Shown here: in pieces, positions 50,208 through 61,277 of the stretch
Layout: each line of letters begins with the position of its first letter
How positions within the stretch are numbered: position 1 is the first letter of the stretch
Source of the DNA: Promethearchaeota archaeon
GTDB taxonomy: Archaea > Asgardarchaeota > Lokiarchaeia > Sigyniarchaeales > SOKP01
Length of the DNA stretch: 64,000 bases
Assembly: GCA_019057795.1 (NCBI GenBank)
Contig: JAHLWS010000069.1
Location: forward strand, 32,001-96,000
Direction: 5' to 3'
Translations under genes and position numbers: made by a program
The notes under the pieces: generated by a model
What the model was told of the DNA's origin: nothing
Seen by the model: the letters and a program-made list of their open reading frames with translations, nothing else
The model's database searches: none

Positions 50208-51593
50208 TTATAGTTTCGAAATTATTTCAGATAACTCATTTACCATTTTTATTGATTTGTTCTTATCTTCTGACTCTGCCGATAACAGGATTGCATTTCT
50301 GTTTAAGGCTACTTTAATGTTTACATACACATCTTCACCAATAATTTTTAACTCATTTATGATATCTTGGTACTTTAATTCGTGTTCATCGACGAATTCA
50401 ATTAACCTATTATGAATGGTTTCTATGATTTCTGCTGGTACGGGTATTGTTTTATTAACTTTTATCCCAGTAGGAAAACCAATTGTAAGAGAACTAATTA
50501 AATCTTTTTGGTGTGCCATTATTTCTAAAATTTTCAACAGAATATAATTTCCGTCTGAAAATGGTGCATAATGTGGAAAATAAAATTTAAGCGACTCAGA
50601 GGCGGCAAAACAAGCTCTCTCTTGTCTAATTTGCCTTGAAAGCTCTCCTGGATAATTCTCTACAAGTTTAGTTGGATGTCCACTTTCTTCTATAAAACCT
50701 TTAACGACGGGAGAAATCGAGGGTGTTAGAATAACCGTACTATTTCTAGATTTTTGAATTCTCTCATCATGTGCAACAAATAACATTAATAAATTTTCAT
50801 AGCTAATTTCTAATCCATTTTCATCCACTACTAATATCCTTGATCCATCGACGTCAAAACACACTCCTAAATGGCTATTTGAGGCTTTTACGATGTCCGC
50901 AGTATTTTTTATGGTATTTATACTTGGGACGGGTACTAAAGATCTTTCCCGGTAATGAGTGTTTAGCGCAATTACTTCAACTCCTATTTCGTTAATTAAT
51001 ATTGGAGTAATATTTCCAGTTGGACTAAATGAGCAATCAACTACTATCTTTAAACGCGCTTCTTTTATTATTTTTTTATTAACAAATTGTTCTAATGATT
51101 TGATGTACACATCTTGAGTTTGAGGGATCGCAATTATGCGCCCTATCCTTCGCGGTTCTGCCCGCCTAATTTGCGCGGGGAAATTGCGGTATGAATCAAT
51201 GATTTTTTTTATATCGACAAGGGACAATTCAATTCCTCCAGCATCTACAAATCTAATACCCACATCTTCGCTATATAGATGTCCTCCTGAAAAATATGCC
51301 CCTCCACTTGCTCCAAATCTTCTAATCGTAAATTCTAATAAAGGAAATGTGCAACTGGAAAGATTTAAAACATTTACTCCTGTACTCATAACACCCGAAG
51401 TATATGCTCTTTTTAACATGCGGCTGTCGTTATGGTAATCGCGTCCAATTACGATTGTTTCATCTAATTGAAATGAACTTCCATGAATAGATCCAATAGA
51501 GCTGGCTATTTCAGGAGTAAATATATAATTTGCTCTTCCTACAATTCGTCCGTTTTTGTTCAGTTCATCTAGATTTTGGACGCGCGCACACAT
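50208..51593 (-). CDS. Phosphohexomutase-fold protein lacking the catalytic Ser (pseudo-PMM/PGM)
   Basis: The fold motifs GRDY, RMLK and VVDCS are present. It has FSGGHL in place of TASHN and DVDGSR in place of DGDADR. Confidence 0.8.
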   Translation of the reverse strand: MCARVQNLDELNKNGRIVGRANYIFTPEIASSIGSIHGSSFQLDETIVIGRDYHNDSRMLKRAYTSGVMSTGVNVLNLSSCTFPLLEFTIRRFGASGGAYFSGGHLYSEDVGIRFVDAGGIELSLVDIKKIIDSYRNFPAQIRRAEPRRIGRIIAIPQTQDVYIKSLEQFVNKKIIKEARLKIVVDCSFSPTGNITPILINEIGVEVIALNTHYRERSLVPVPSINTIKNTADIVKASNSHLGVCFDVDGSRILVVDENGLEISYENLLMLFVAHDERIQKSRNSTVILTPSISPVVKGFIEESGHPTKLVENYPGELSRQIRQERACFAASESLKFYFPHYAPFSDGNYILLKILEIMAHQKDLISSLTIGFPTGIKVNKTIPVPAEIIETIHNRLIEFVDEHELKYQDIINELKIIGEDVYVNIKVALNRNAILLSAESEDKNKSIKMVNELSEIISKL

Positions 51594-51849
51594 TTCACAT
51601 CATTATAATTTCGTTTTAAAAAAAATAATTAAAAAACTAATTAATATACCTAGTTTTGATTTAATAACTTTAACTGTTAAAAATTAGGAATGATTTATGT
51701 TATTAAATATTATCAAAAAATTAGTAATTTCGAATTAGTTAAACTCGATTATCGCTCCCTTTTAGAATGAAATCTTTTAATAACTGTTCATTAGATAATT
51801 AATATTAACAGAAAATAAAAAAATTCTAAGGCAAAAAAGTGAAATACCT

Positions 51850-54800
51850 ATGAAAATTTCGAGAGATGCAAGAAATCGATATATATTTGATGAATTCAAA
51901 TTTTCTGAAAATGGAAGTATTGAATTTGATGGTGATATACATTTAGTTAGATTATTTGTGCAGAAATTGAATCAAAAGAAAGACTTAGTAAATTATCCAG
52001 AAATGGCAATCCGAATAGGAGAATTTAACGGGATGGCCTTAATATATGAAATTAAAAAATATTTGCTTGATTTGTATAAAGAAGAAACAAAGAATCCATC
52101 TTTAAACCGTGAACTTTTTGATTACTTGAAAAAAAGAATAGGGGCTCCTAAACTTAATATTGCAATTTACTCATTAATCGAAGAATTTCCTCCCGAAAGT
52201 ATCTATCATCAAGAGAAAGTTGATATCGATCAATTCTTGAAAGAAAAAATTGATGGTGTTGAAAATGAAATCCAATTTGTTGAGGAATTTTTAAATCTAT
52301 GGCTTGGAAATATAAACCCTTCTTTCTCACCATACATTGAACTCTTCGATGATGGTTTGCTAGAAAAGAAGACGGTATACAGGGAAATAATTAACGAAAC
52401 AAAGGAATTTTTCAATGGTAAATCTAAATTTGGTCCAAATAATCAAAATTTAATTGAGATGTTAAATGAGCCTACACTCAAATATCCACATTCAATTCGC
52501 GAACAATTAGAATATATACATGAGCATTGGGGCGAACAATTAGGGAAATATTTATTTAGAATCTTGGTCGCCATCGATATTATACGAGAAGAAGAGATGC
52601 TAAGAGGATTAGGACCTGGTAAGTCAAAAGCTTATGAATACGACATAATGGAGCTTGAAAATTACACTCGCGATAAAGAATGGATGCCTAAAGTTGTGAT
52701 GATCGCTAAGAATGTTTATGTTTGGATGGACCAACTTTCTAAAAAGTATCAAAGATCTATAACAAAGCTATATGAAATACCAAATGAAGAATTAGATCAA
52801 TTAAAGGAATGGGGGTTTACAGGACTTTGGCTTATTGGACTATGGGAAAGAAGTCAGGCATCTAAAACAATTAAACGTTGGTGCGGCAATCCAGAAGCGG
52901 AAGCTAGCGCTTATTCCACGTACGATTACGCAATCGCGCATGACTTAGGTGGTTACGAATCCTATAAAAATTTAAGAGATAGAGCAATGGCGAGGGGTAT
53001 CCGTCTTGCTTGTGATATGGTTCCAAACCATACGGGCATCGTTTCAAAATGGATAATAGAACATCCTGATTGGTACATTTCTTTACACTATCCTCCATTT
53101 CCTTCTTATAGTTTTTCAGGAGAAAATTTATCTGGTGATCCTAATAAAGGGATATTTTTAGAAGACAAATATTTTTCTAGAACTGATGCTGCAGTTACGT
53201 TTAAACATGTAGACTTTAGAACGGGAGAAATTAAATATATTTACCACGGAAATGACGGAACTAGTTTTCCGTGGAATGATACCGCTCAATTAAACTTTTT
53301 GGAGCCTGAAGTGAGAGAGGCAGTTATACAAACCATACTTCATGTTTCCAGAATGTTTCCAATTATTCGTTTTGATGCTGCTATGACACTTACGAGAAAG
53401 CATTATCAACGTTTGTGGTTTCCAGAACCGGGAACTGGAGGGGCTATTCCTTCAAGAGCTGAACAAGGCATATCAAAAGAAGATTTCTATAAAGCAATGC
53501 CGAAGGAGTTTTGGCGTGAAGTTGTAGATAGGATCAATAAAGAAAACCCAGACACTTTACTATTAGCAGAAGCATTCTGGCTGCTTGAAGGATTCTTTGT
53601 GAGAACTCTAGGAATGCATCGTGTATATAATTCTGCCTTTATGAATATGCTTCGCGACGAAGATAACGCTATGTACCGATTAGTCTTAAAAAACACTTTA
53701 GAATTTGATCCTGAAATTCTTAAACGATTTGTTAATTTCATGAATAATCCAGACGAAGAAACTGCTATTAAACAATTTGGAGATGGCGGTAAATATTTCG
53801 GTGTTTGCTTAATGCTCATAACTATGCCTGGCTTACCAATGTTTGGACACGGTCAAATAGAAGGATTTCATGAAAAATACGGCATGGAATATAGACGTGC
53901 TTATTGGGATGAAACGGTTAATTTGGGTTTACTTCAACGGCACGAAGATATAATTTTTCCTATAATAAAGAAACGCTACTTATTTGCTAATGTGAATAAT
54001 TTTTTATTATATGATTTTTGGAGTGGTAATGTGGTTAATGAAGATGTATTTGCTTACTCAAACAGAGTTAATAATGAACGAGCTTTGGTTATTTATCACA
54101 ATAAGTTCGCTGAAACAAAAGGTTTTGTTAAAAATTCAGTTGGATTTGCTGATAAACTAACAGAAGATAAAGTTGTAATTCAAAAAACTTTAATAGACGG
54201 TTTAGCCTTACCTAAAGAGGGATATTGCATCTTTAAAGATTATCTAACTGGGTTAGAGTATATTAGACGAAATAGAGACCTACATGAACAAGGGTTGTAT
54301 TTAGAGCTTCAAGCATATCAAATGTTTTTATTTATGGACTTCCAATTAGTCCAAGATAATGAATTTTTTCACTATGCTCAATTGTATGATTTATTAGGGG
54401 GAAAAGGAGTTTATAATATTAATGAAACTCTGCACGAGATAATCTATCAACCATTACACGAGAAATTTAGAGAAATAGTTAATACACCTAATTTTAAAAA
54501 TTTATTAAACCCTCAAAAAACAGAACAGGTAATAGAAGCTATTAGCGATAAATTAAATTCATTTTTAATAGAAGTTAAAAACTATTCTTCGAGTAAAAAA
54601 GACGTTACAAGAGTTAAAAGAGAAATAATTGAAAAATTAAAAGCAATATCGAGATTGGAACAAAATTTAAAACATATAAAAGTTAATCAGGAATTAACAT
54701 TTATTTATGAGAAAATACTTCCTAATTCTGAATTTGAATGGGGGATCCTCTTATCTTGGCTATTTATTCATCAATTAGGAAGGGTAGTTTCAGATAAAAA

Positions 54801-55257
54801 TTATGAACTGCAAAGTCGTAGTTGGTTTGACGAATGGAGGCTCTCCAAATATATTAAAAATATCCTAGAAGAGTTATCCATAAAAGAAGAGAAAATGCAA
54901 GATGGAATTTCTATTATTAAACTGATGGTAACTCTACAAAACTGGTCTGCTTCAAATAAATATACCGAGAAAAACTTATATTCTATCTTTCAATCATTTT
55001 TCAGCGAGCCCGAAGTACAACTATATCTAAATATCAATAGATATCACAATCTTTTATGGTTTAGCGCAGAATCGTTTGACACGTTCGTAAGATGGATGTT
55101 TTTAATTGCTGTAGTAGATAGGTTAGCCCAATCTAAAGAAAGTGCGGTTAATGAAATAGAAGCGTTATTAGAAGACTATCAAAAACTTATAAAAATCGCG
55201 AAAACTTCGAAATATCAAGTTAATAAGTTTCTAGAGAGTCTGCAAAGTTTATCATAG
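51850..55257 (+). CDS. Large GH13 alpha-amylase family protein with N- and C-terminal extensions
   Basis: WLIGLWERS, DMVPNH, WNDTAQL, IRFDAAM, AEAFW and NNPDEE. Same subfamily signature as 15678..17168. Confidence 0.88.
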   Translation: MKISRDARNRYIFDEFKFSENGSIEFDGDIHLVRLFVQKLNQKKDLVNYPEMAIRIGEFNGMALIYEIKKYLLDLYKEETKNPSLNRELFDYLKKRIGAPKLNIAIYSLIEEFPPESIYHQEKVDIDQFLKEKIDGVENEIQFVEEFLNLWLGNINPSFSPYIELFDDGLLEKKTVYREIINETKEFFNGKSKFGPNNQNLIEMLNEPTLKYPHSIREQLEYIHEHWGEQLGKYLFRILVAIDIIREEEMLRGLGPGKSKAYEYDIMELENYTRDKEWMPKVVMIAKNVYVWMDQLSKKYQRSITKLYEIPNEELDQLKEWGFTGLWLIGLWERSQASKTIKRWCGNPEAEASAYSTYDYAIAHDLGGYESYKNLRDRAMARGIRLACDMVPNHTGIVSKWIIEHPDWYISLHYPPFPSYSFSGENLSGDPNKGIFLEDKYFSRTDAAVTFKHVDFRTGEIKYIYHGNDGTSFPWNDTAQLNFLEPEVREAVIQTILHVSRMFPIIRFDAAMTLTRKHYQRLWFPEPGTGGAIPSRAEQGISKEDFYKAMPKEFWREVVDRINKENPDTLLLAEAFWLLEGFFVRTLGMHRVYNSAFMNMLRDEDNAMYRLVLKNTLEFDPEILKRFVNFMNNPDEETAIKQFGDGGKYFGVCLMLITMPGLPMFGHGQIEGFHEKYGMEYRRAYWDETVNLGLLQRHEDIIFPIIKKRYLFANVNNFLLYDFWSGNVVNEDVFAYSNRVNNERALVIYHNKFAETKGFVKNSVGFADKLTEDKVVIQKTLIDGLALPKEGYCIFKDYLTGLEYIRRNRDLHEQGLYLELQAYQMFLFMDFQLVQDNEFFHYAQLYDLLGGKGVYNINETLHEIIYQPLHEKFREIVNTPNFKNLLNPQKTEQVIEAISDKLNSFLIEVKNYSSSKKDVTRVKREIIEKLKAISRLEQNLKHIKVNQELTFIYEKILPNSEFEWGILLSWLFIHQLGRVVSDKNYELQSRSWFDEWRLSKYIKNILEELSIKEEKMQDGISIIKLMVTLQNWSASNKYTEKNLYSIFQSFFSEPEVQLYLNINRYHNLLWFSAESFDTFVRWMFLIAVVDRLAQSKESAVNEIEALLEDYQKLIKIAKTSKYQVNKFLESLQSLS

Positions 55258-55279
55258 GAGTCTTTACTATAAGCTTAAC

Positions 55280-55732
55280 TTAGAAAGGAGTAAATAGATA
55301 AAAACCTTCAGTAAATATTACTCTAAAGAAAAAAAAAATGCTTATAAATATAATTAACATTATTACTCTTTCACTTATCACCACAATAATAGTTACTACT
55401 GAAGAACCCCAATATTCTTTCTCATAAAAAGAATGCACGATAAAAATTCCAATTATTACATTTATTATGAAAATTAAAAAACCAATTATTATATAAATAA
55501 AAGTTATCTCATTCATAGTCAAACTTAATCCAATAAATAGAGGAGGTGCGATGAAAATAATTAACAAGTTTATAACAACTAAGAAGATTATCCATACTAA
55601 ATTAACTAGAAACCCCCTTCTAAAAGAGCTTTCCCATTTCAGCTTTGTCGCAAGCCAGTTAGTATACAGTGCTCTTAAAATTAATATTATTATTAAAATT
55701 ACGATATCTACAAGAATACTAATAGGATCCAT
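55280..55732 (-). CDS. Small 4-TM membrane protein (paralogue of the next gene)
   Basis: Hydrophobic; shares LVNLVW/LVNVIW and SFYE/AFYK with 55786..56262. Confidence 0.65.
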   Translation of the reverse strand: MDPISILVDIVILIIILILRALYTNWLATKLKWESSFRRGFLVNLVWIIFLVVINLLIIFIAPPLFIGLSLTMNEITFIYIIIGFLIFIINVIIGIFIVHSFYEKEYWGSSVVTIIVVISERVIMLIIFISIFFFFRVIFTEGFYLFTPF

Positions 55733-55785
55733 AATCTCATACCTTTATTGATTTTTAATTTTTGTTTAATTTTAATTATTTGTAG

Positions 55786-56262
55786 TTAAAAGAATTGAAA
55801 AACATAAAATGAAAAATATCCCCCTGTTGTTAAAATAAAAATAATGTTTAATACATTAGCCACTATAATTCGAATGAAAACCTGGATGGAAATTACAGTT
55901 AAACTTATAAAAATCGAGTCTTTAAGTCCAGTTTTGTAAAAAGCCTTGATTAGCAGTGCGATAACTAAAAAATTTATAATTAATATTATTATCGAATTGA
56001 TAACACCAACAATTGAAATTAAAACCATATCTGCGCCAATAGTAATTAAATAACCCGTTATCAAACCGCTCAAAAAACTTAAAACAAAGAACGTAATTAA
56101 AAACCAGATCACATTAACTAATACTGCAGTTTTATATGGTTTACGACACTCGAATTTGTCCGTAAAAAATTTAGTTAAAAAAATACCTCCAAAAAGGATT
56201 ATATAACTAAAAATAACATAAATAGTATATAATATATATCGTATAATAATTATATCTGACAT
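55786..56262 (-). CDS. Small 4-TM membrane protein
   Basis: Hydrophobic; tandem paralogue of 55280..55732. Confidence 0.65.
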   Translation of the reverse strand: MSDIIIIRYILYTIYVIFSYIILFGGIFLTKFFTDKFECRKPYKTAVLVNVIWFLITFFVLSFLSGLITGYLITIGADMVLISIVGVINSIIILIINFLVIALLIKAFYKTGLKDSIFISLTVISIQVFIRIIVANVLNIIFILTTGGYFSFYVFQFF

Positions 56263-56441
56263 AAATTTATAAATAATTTGTATGCGTTATTTGAATTCTC
56301 TTCTTTAAGTAAATATAAAAATATTTATAAAGATTTTCGTAATCAAATCACATAAAGAGACTTTTAAATTCCCTATTACATTTTAGCGTATTAATTTTGA
56401 GATAATATTCTTATTAAATAAAAATAGATGTTTACTTTTAA

Positions 56442-57590
56442 TTATATATTTGTACCCAGATCAAGAGTTTTATCTCGGATTTGAATATCATCACTAATTT
56501 TGCTATTTGGGCCTAATATTGCATTATGTAGAACAACATTATCACCTATTTCACAATTATTACAAACGATCGAACCATCAATATGACAACCAGCTCCAAT
56601 CTTTACGTTATCCCAGATAACGCTTTTCTCGATTACCGTATCCTCTCCGATTTTAACATGGGCTCCAATTGAACATAACGGTTTTATTTTTACTCGATTA
56701 AGTAATTCTACAAATTCCCCAAAACAAGACGGTTTTTCGATAGATACATTTTGTCCCGAATTAATAACGCCCATTACATAAATTCCATCGTATTCTTCAC
56801 CATTGGGGGTGATCGGCCACGAATATTTACGTAATAAGTCCCAATTTGCCCACAAATAAGTTTCAGCGTTTCCACAGTCAAGCCAATAATAATTTTTAAC
56901 AAATCCATATAAATCGTAATTATTATCGAGGAGATAAGGGAAAACTTCCCCCCCAAAATCCATTAAACCCGTTTCTTGTAAGATACTACCAATCTCTTTA
57001 TTTAAACAATAAATTCCTGTGTTTATTATGTTTGTATGTAAAAACAAATCAGTTCTTTGAGCCATACTACTTAAATACAGTTCCATAGGAGCAGGTTTTT
57101 CTAAAAAGAGATAAATTTTTCTATTTTGATCGAGAAGCACAACTCCATATTGACTCGTATGACTTTCGCTGGTTTTCATGGAAATAGTAGTAGTTCCCAT
57201 TTTCTCCGTGTGGAAATCCATAAACTCCTTCATTGGGAGATTTGTTACGATATCTGCCATGCTAACAACAATCTTTTCGGAATCAATGTTATTAATCAAT
57301 AATCGGTAAGCGTCAGCCGTACCCTTGCTCTCTTGAATTACGCATTCAAGTTCAACATCTCCTAACTTATCGGGAGTCCATGTTTTTTCCACATATTCTC
57401 TTAATTCTTTACCCATATAAGCTAAAGCAAGAATTATGTGCTTAATATCTGCAAATATTAAATGAGCAATAGAATAATCCACCATAGCTTTATTAGTTAC
57501 TTTTACAAGCGGTTTTGGAACGAGTGATGTTAAAGGCATCAACCTCGACCCCTTTCCTCCAGCTAATATTATGGCAGACCATTCTCGCAT
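56442..57590 (-). CDS. NDP-sugar pyrophosphorylase (mannose-1-P guanylyltransferase / GlgC-like) with LbH tail
   Basis: ILAGGKGSRLMPLT..PKP, GTAD, EKP, NTGIY, DFG.EVFP and YWLDCG. Confidence 0.88.
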   Translation of the reverse strand: MREWSAIILAGGKGSRLMPLTSLVPKPLVKVTNKAMVDYSIAHLIFADIKHIILALAYMGKELREYVEKTWTPDKLGDVELECVIQESKGTADAYRLLINNIDSEKIVVSMADIVTNLPMKEFMDFHTEKMGTTTISMKTSESHTSQYGVVLLDQNRKIYLFLEKPAPMELYLSSMAQRTDLFLHTNIINTGIYCLNKEIGSILQETGLMDFGGEVFPYLLDNNYDLYGFVKNYYWLDCGNAETYLWANWDLLRKYSWPITPNGEEYDGIYVMGVINSGQNVSIEKPSCFGEFVELLNRVKIKPLCSIGAHVKIGEDTVIEKSVIWDNVKIGAGCHIDGSIVCNNCEIGDNVVLHNAILGPNSKISDDIQIRDKTLDLGTNI

Positions 57591-57675
57591 GTTGAATCTC
57601 TCAGAAAATTACTCTTTCATTATATGGTGAGTAATAGATATAAAATTTAAATATTTACACAAATGAAGATTATAC

Positions 57676-58956
57676 TTATTTGTTTAGATATTTTTCTAAC
57701 GATTTCCTAACTTCTGCTGCCGCTATATGGGGTAATTTTCTTGCAACTCTCATGTCATCTGCCATTTCTGCCCCACCAATAATTTCGTGTGGAATTATAT
57801 CAACAAACATATGAAAATCCGCATCATAACCATACGGACAACAATTAAATAAAATATTTCGGTTCTTATCAATTGAAGTATCATCTAAAGCTTGGAAGAC
57901 CATCTTAATCGCGTTTGCAAAATCGTTGATTTGGTTTATTTTCAATTGGGTAAACCGCCTAATATGCTCGTGTGGATACGCGCGAATGTGATAATTTCTT
58001 ACAGGACTTCCCGTTGCATAAAACGTCCAAAAATTAGTCTTTAAAATTATCCGATCACTATCCCCATGAGTGGTTTGACATAAATGACAATTATCCCCCA
58101 TTTCTTTAAATGCTTCGAGGTGTCCTTCTAACCGACTTCCATGCCCGTCCATGTTTAAATCGATATATACCTGACCATGAATACGAGGTTGAGAACCACC
58201 AACCTTAGTTCCTATGTTAAAAAACGGTGAAACGGTAATATCGTAATAGTCTTTATCAATGGCTTCTTGGACACAATAGAGAATTGCCGCTTTCATAGAT
58301 AAAAAAATACCAGCTAAAACATCTTCTGGAATTAAATTAAAACACAAAGCAGGATAAAAATGCCTTGAGAGTGTAACTAAATTAATGCCCCGTGAGAGCT
58401 TTAAATGAGAAGGCATATTGTCCTTAATCTCTTTTTCAATATCAGAATCCACTATTCGAGCCATAGAAGGGTATCTATTTATTAATGTTATTGCTTTGCA
58501 GGAATCAGGAATTCTTTCTATTTGATGCGGTGTTTCTAAAAAGGGATTGTCTCTCTTTTTTTCGTCTTCAGTAATAATTATTGTAAAACCATCACCAATC
58601 TGTTTCCCCCAATCATCGTATATTGGTTTTCCCTCTGTTACCGATGTAAAAACGTCCTTGTACTTGGATTTTATTTTCCTTGAACAATCATAAAATTGGT
58701 TTTTCTCTTCTTCAGTTTTAAAACCTTTAGGTCTCTTTCCACGAATAGGGCTTAAATAAGCGTAGTGACCGTAGTATCTTACTCGTTCTTTTCTAAAGCC
58801 AAATCCCTTAGTTTGAATGATAACTGTAGATAAAGGGTCCCATCTCTTAATAGGTACATCATAAGAGGTTTTATCTATAAAATTTTCCTTATTTATTATA
58901 CCCCATTCCATAAAATCGGGAAAAATTCTTTTGTTTGAAATTATATCAACACCCAT
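57676..58956 (-). CDS. GalT/HIT-superfamily nucleotidyltransferase-like protein
   Basis: RGKRP, NPF, NRYP, FFNIGTKVGGSQPRIHGQ (HxHxQ variant), CHLC, YH and HMFVDIIP. Confidence 0.75.
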   Translation of the reverse strand: MGVDIISNKRIFPDFMEWGIINKENFIDKTSYDVPIKRWDPLSTVIIQTKGFGFRKERVRYYGHYAYLSPIRGKRPKGFKTEEEKNQFYDCSRKIKSKYKDVFTSVTEGKPIYDDWGKQIGDGFTIIITEDEKKRDNPFLETPHQIERIPDSCKAITLINRYPSMARIVDSDIEKEIKDNMPSHLKLSRGINLVTLSRHFYPALCFNLIPEDVLAGIFLSMKAAILYCVQEAIDKDYYDITVSPFFNIGTKVGGSQPRIHGQVYIDLNMDGHGSRLEGHLEAFKEMGDNCHLCQTTHGDSDRIILKTNFWTFYATGSPVRNYHIRAYPHEHIRRFTQLKINQINDFANAIKMVFQALDDTSIDKNRNILFNCCPYGYDADFHMFVDIIPHEIIGGAEMADDMRVARKLPHIAAAEVRKSLEKYLNK

Positions 58957-59278
58957 AGTTTCTTCATCATATTTTGACTAGAATATACTATTATTTAATA
59001 TTTAACTTATAACTTCATAGTAATTTATCACATTATTTGCGTATTAATTCATCAAAACTAATTAGTCAAAAACATATTTATATAAATTACAATAATGTTT
59101 AGTAAATGTTAAAATTTGTTCAATCTAACAGTATTCAATTTATATACAAAAAAGTAATGAATTTGTTATATTTTAATTCATTTTCAAACCAGTAAATTAA
59201 AAAAAGAAAAGAAAGTTAAGAACTCTATTCTGCTAATGGTTAAATTAAATATTTTACGATACCTATTATTAAAAGTTG

Positions 59279-59569
59279 TTAGTGTTCTAACCTCTTAATA
59301 ATTTTATATGTTTTAAATGCGCGTACCGGTTCAGACTTCTCATTTATGCTTTCTATTGGTACGCGTACAAAATTTTCATCGTCAAAATCATCAATTTCAG
59401 GCTCATTATATTTAGCCATATTGTTTGCCAACTTAAGTTCTTTGAGAAGAAAATCTCGGACGGCACACCTAATCAATTCTGAGCGGCTGGGATACAATCC
59501 ATTTTCCCCTATTAATTTATTTATAGCACCTATATAACTTTCAGGTACATTAACGGTAACAATCTTCAT
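59279..59569 (-). CDS. Ribbon-helix-helix (CopG/Arc/MetJ) transcription regulator
   Basis: MKIVTVNVP...GLYPSRSELIRCAVRDFL. Confidence 0.88.
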   Translation of the reverse strand: MKIVTVNVPESYIGAINKLIGENGLYPSRSELIRCAVRDFLLKELKLANNMAKYNEPEIDDFDDENFVRVPIESINEKSEPVRAFKTYKIIKRLEH

Positions 59570-60116
59570 TCAATCGCCTTAACCTTAATTTTTTTAGATT
59601 TTACTTTATATAATTATTTATTTTTTCTTGATATATAAACATTGTTTTTTAGTGGGTTAATATATTTTCATAAATATGATTTTTACCCGATTATAGATTA
59701 AAGAGAAGAATACCACCAATCTCCCGTTTTAGGCGTAATTCTAGAAAGGAATTGATGATTCTCAAATTTAATACTTTTTATGAAAATATTTTTGAAAATT
59801 CTTTAAAGTATCTGAAAAATTTTTATAAAAATTATAATAAATAAAAATAATAAATAGTTAATTTTTAAATTTGAAAAAAAAAAAATATGTCCTTTTTTTC
59901 ACAAGAATATCTGGAAATCATTATACAATGTTAATGTATGTACAAAATCTTAAAATTCTAATTTATATACATGTTTTTAAAATAAACTCTTTAAAATTTA
60001 AAAAATTATTTTTTAAAACATTAAATCCTAACAAAAAATTTGTTTTTAATTAAAATATTACAACATTTTTCTATTCGAAAATTATTTACGCTAATTATTT
60101 TTATACAACACAAAAC

Positions 60117-61142
60117 TTAATACTCTTCTTCGAACCTAACAACATTAATCAACTCTTCTCGCCCCTTTGCCATACGAGTAATATTTTCTATCACTTCATT
60201 CCACCTGAACAGATCACTGAAAGGAGAGTATCCTCTATGCGGCGAAAGAATAATGTTATCAAGAGAATGAAAAGGGAATTTATAAGGGCGCTTAACACCG
60301 TCTTTATCCAGATTTGGATGATAATCATACCAGACATCTATAGCTGCACCCGAAATTATTCTATTTTTCAAAGCTTTGTAAAGATCTTTTTGATTGAGAA
60401 TGGCTCCTCTTGCTATATTGACAATCAGTCCATTTGGGCCTAATAAACTTATCTCTTTGGCATTTATTAATCCAGATGTTAAAGAAGTTACTGGAACGGC
60501 GATTATTAAAATATCTATTTCTTTCAAAAATTCATAAAGTTGGTTATATTTATATTTCTTTGCTGGAGTTGGTAAATCATCCTTTTGTTTATTCCAATTA
60601 TTTCTTAAGATGTGGAATTTTACATCAAAACCCGAAAGAAATCGATGAACCTTCTGATTAATCGCACCATAACCCAAAAGCCCTACTTCCCTAAAACGCA
60701 GGGGAATTGACATCGCATCATCATCACCAGTCCGCCATCTTCCTTTTTTCATCCAATTATGATGGGGGACTGTTTTATTCATAAGAGTTAAAAGTAAAGC
60801 AACAGCATGTTGAGCGACAAGATAGGAATTTCCATGACCATTAATCAGTGCTATCTTTCTTGTTTTATTTAAGCCAATAAATAAATCTAAAAGATGATTA
60901 ACACCAGCACCGGGATTAATGAATACTTTTAGATTAGTTGCGTGATTTAAAATGCTTTTCGAAGGTCTCCATCCAATTAAAACTTCCGCATCTGGAACAA
61001 TTTTTTCTAAATATTCTTCAGAAGTGTTTTCAGGAAATATAATCTTTACATTTGAAAGGTTTTTTAAATTCTCTGTTAAGTAATTTTGAACTTCTTCAGA
61101 TACAATAGAAATAAAACAGACAGTGATATTATTTGCATTCAA
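60117..61142 (-). CDS. D-isomer-specific 2-hydroxyacid dehydrogenase family protein
   Basis: GAGVN, GLLGYGAI, NIARG, AAIDVW and SPHRG. Confidence 0.9.
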   Translation of the reverse strand: MNANNITVCFISIVSEEVQNYLTENLKNLSNVKIIFPENTSEEYLEKIVPDAEVLIGWRPSKSILNHATNLKVFINPGAGVNHLLDLFIGLNKTRKIALINGHGNSYLVAQHAVALLLTLMNKTVPHHNWMKKGRWRTGDDDAMSIPLRFREVGLLGYGAINQKVHRFLSGFDVKFHILRNNWNKQKDDLPTPAKKYKYNQLYEFLKEIDILIIAVPVTSLTSGLINAKEISLLGPNGLIVNIARGAILNQKDLYKALKNRIISGAAIDVWYDYHPNLDKDGVKRPYKFPFHSLDNIILSPHRGYSPFSDLFRWNEVIENITRMAKGREELINVVRFEEEY

Positions 61143-61277
61143 ATTATCTTCACATTAATCTTAAATTTATAATGTGTAATAACTACTAGTGAAATGACTA
61201 TGTTTTAAATAAATTTTTATATTCATTTCGTTGATATATTTATAAAAGAATTTAATCAAAATAGGTAGGTTTAGAAA

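Noticed and set aside
59570-60116. Long AT-rich intergenic region and ORF 59871..60053 as an origin, ncRNA or gene
   Set aside because: I saw no ORB-like repeats, no adjacent cdc6/orc1 and no convincing structure. The ORF is low-complexity K/F/N sequence.
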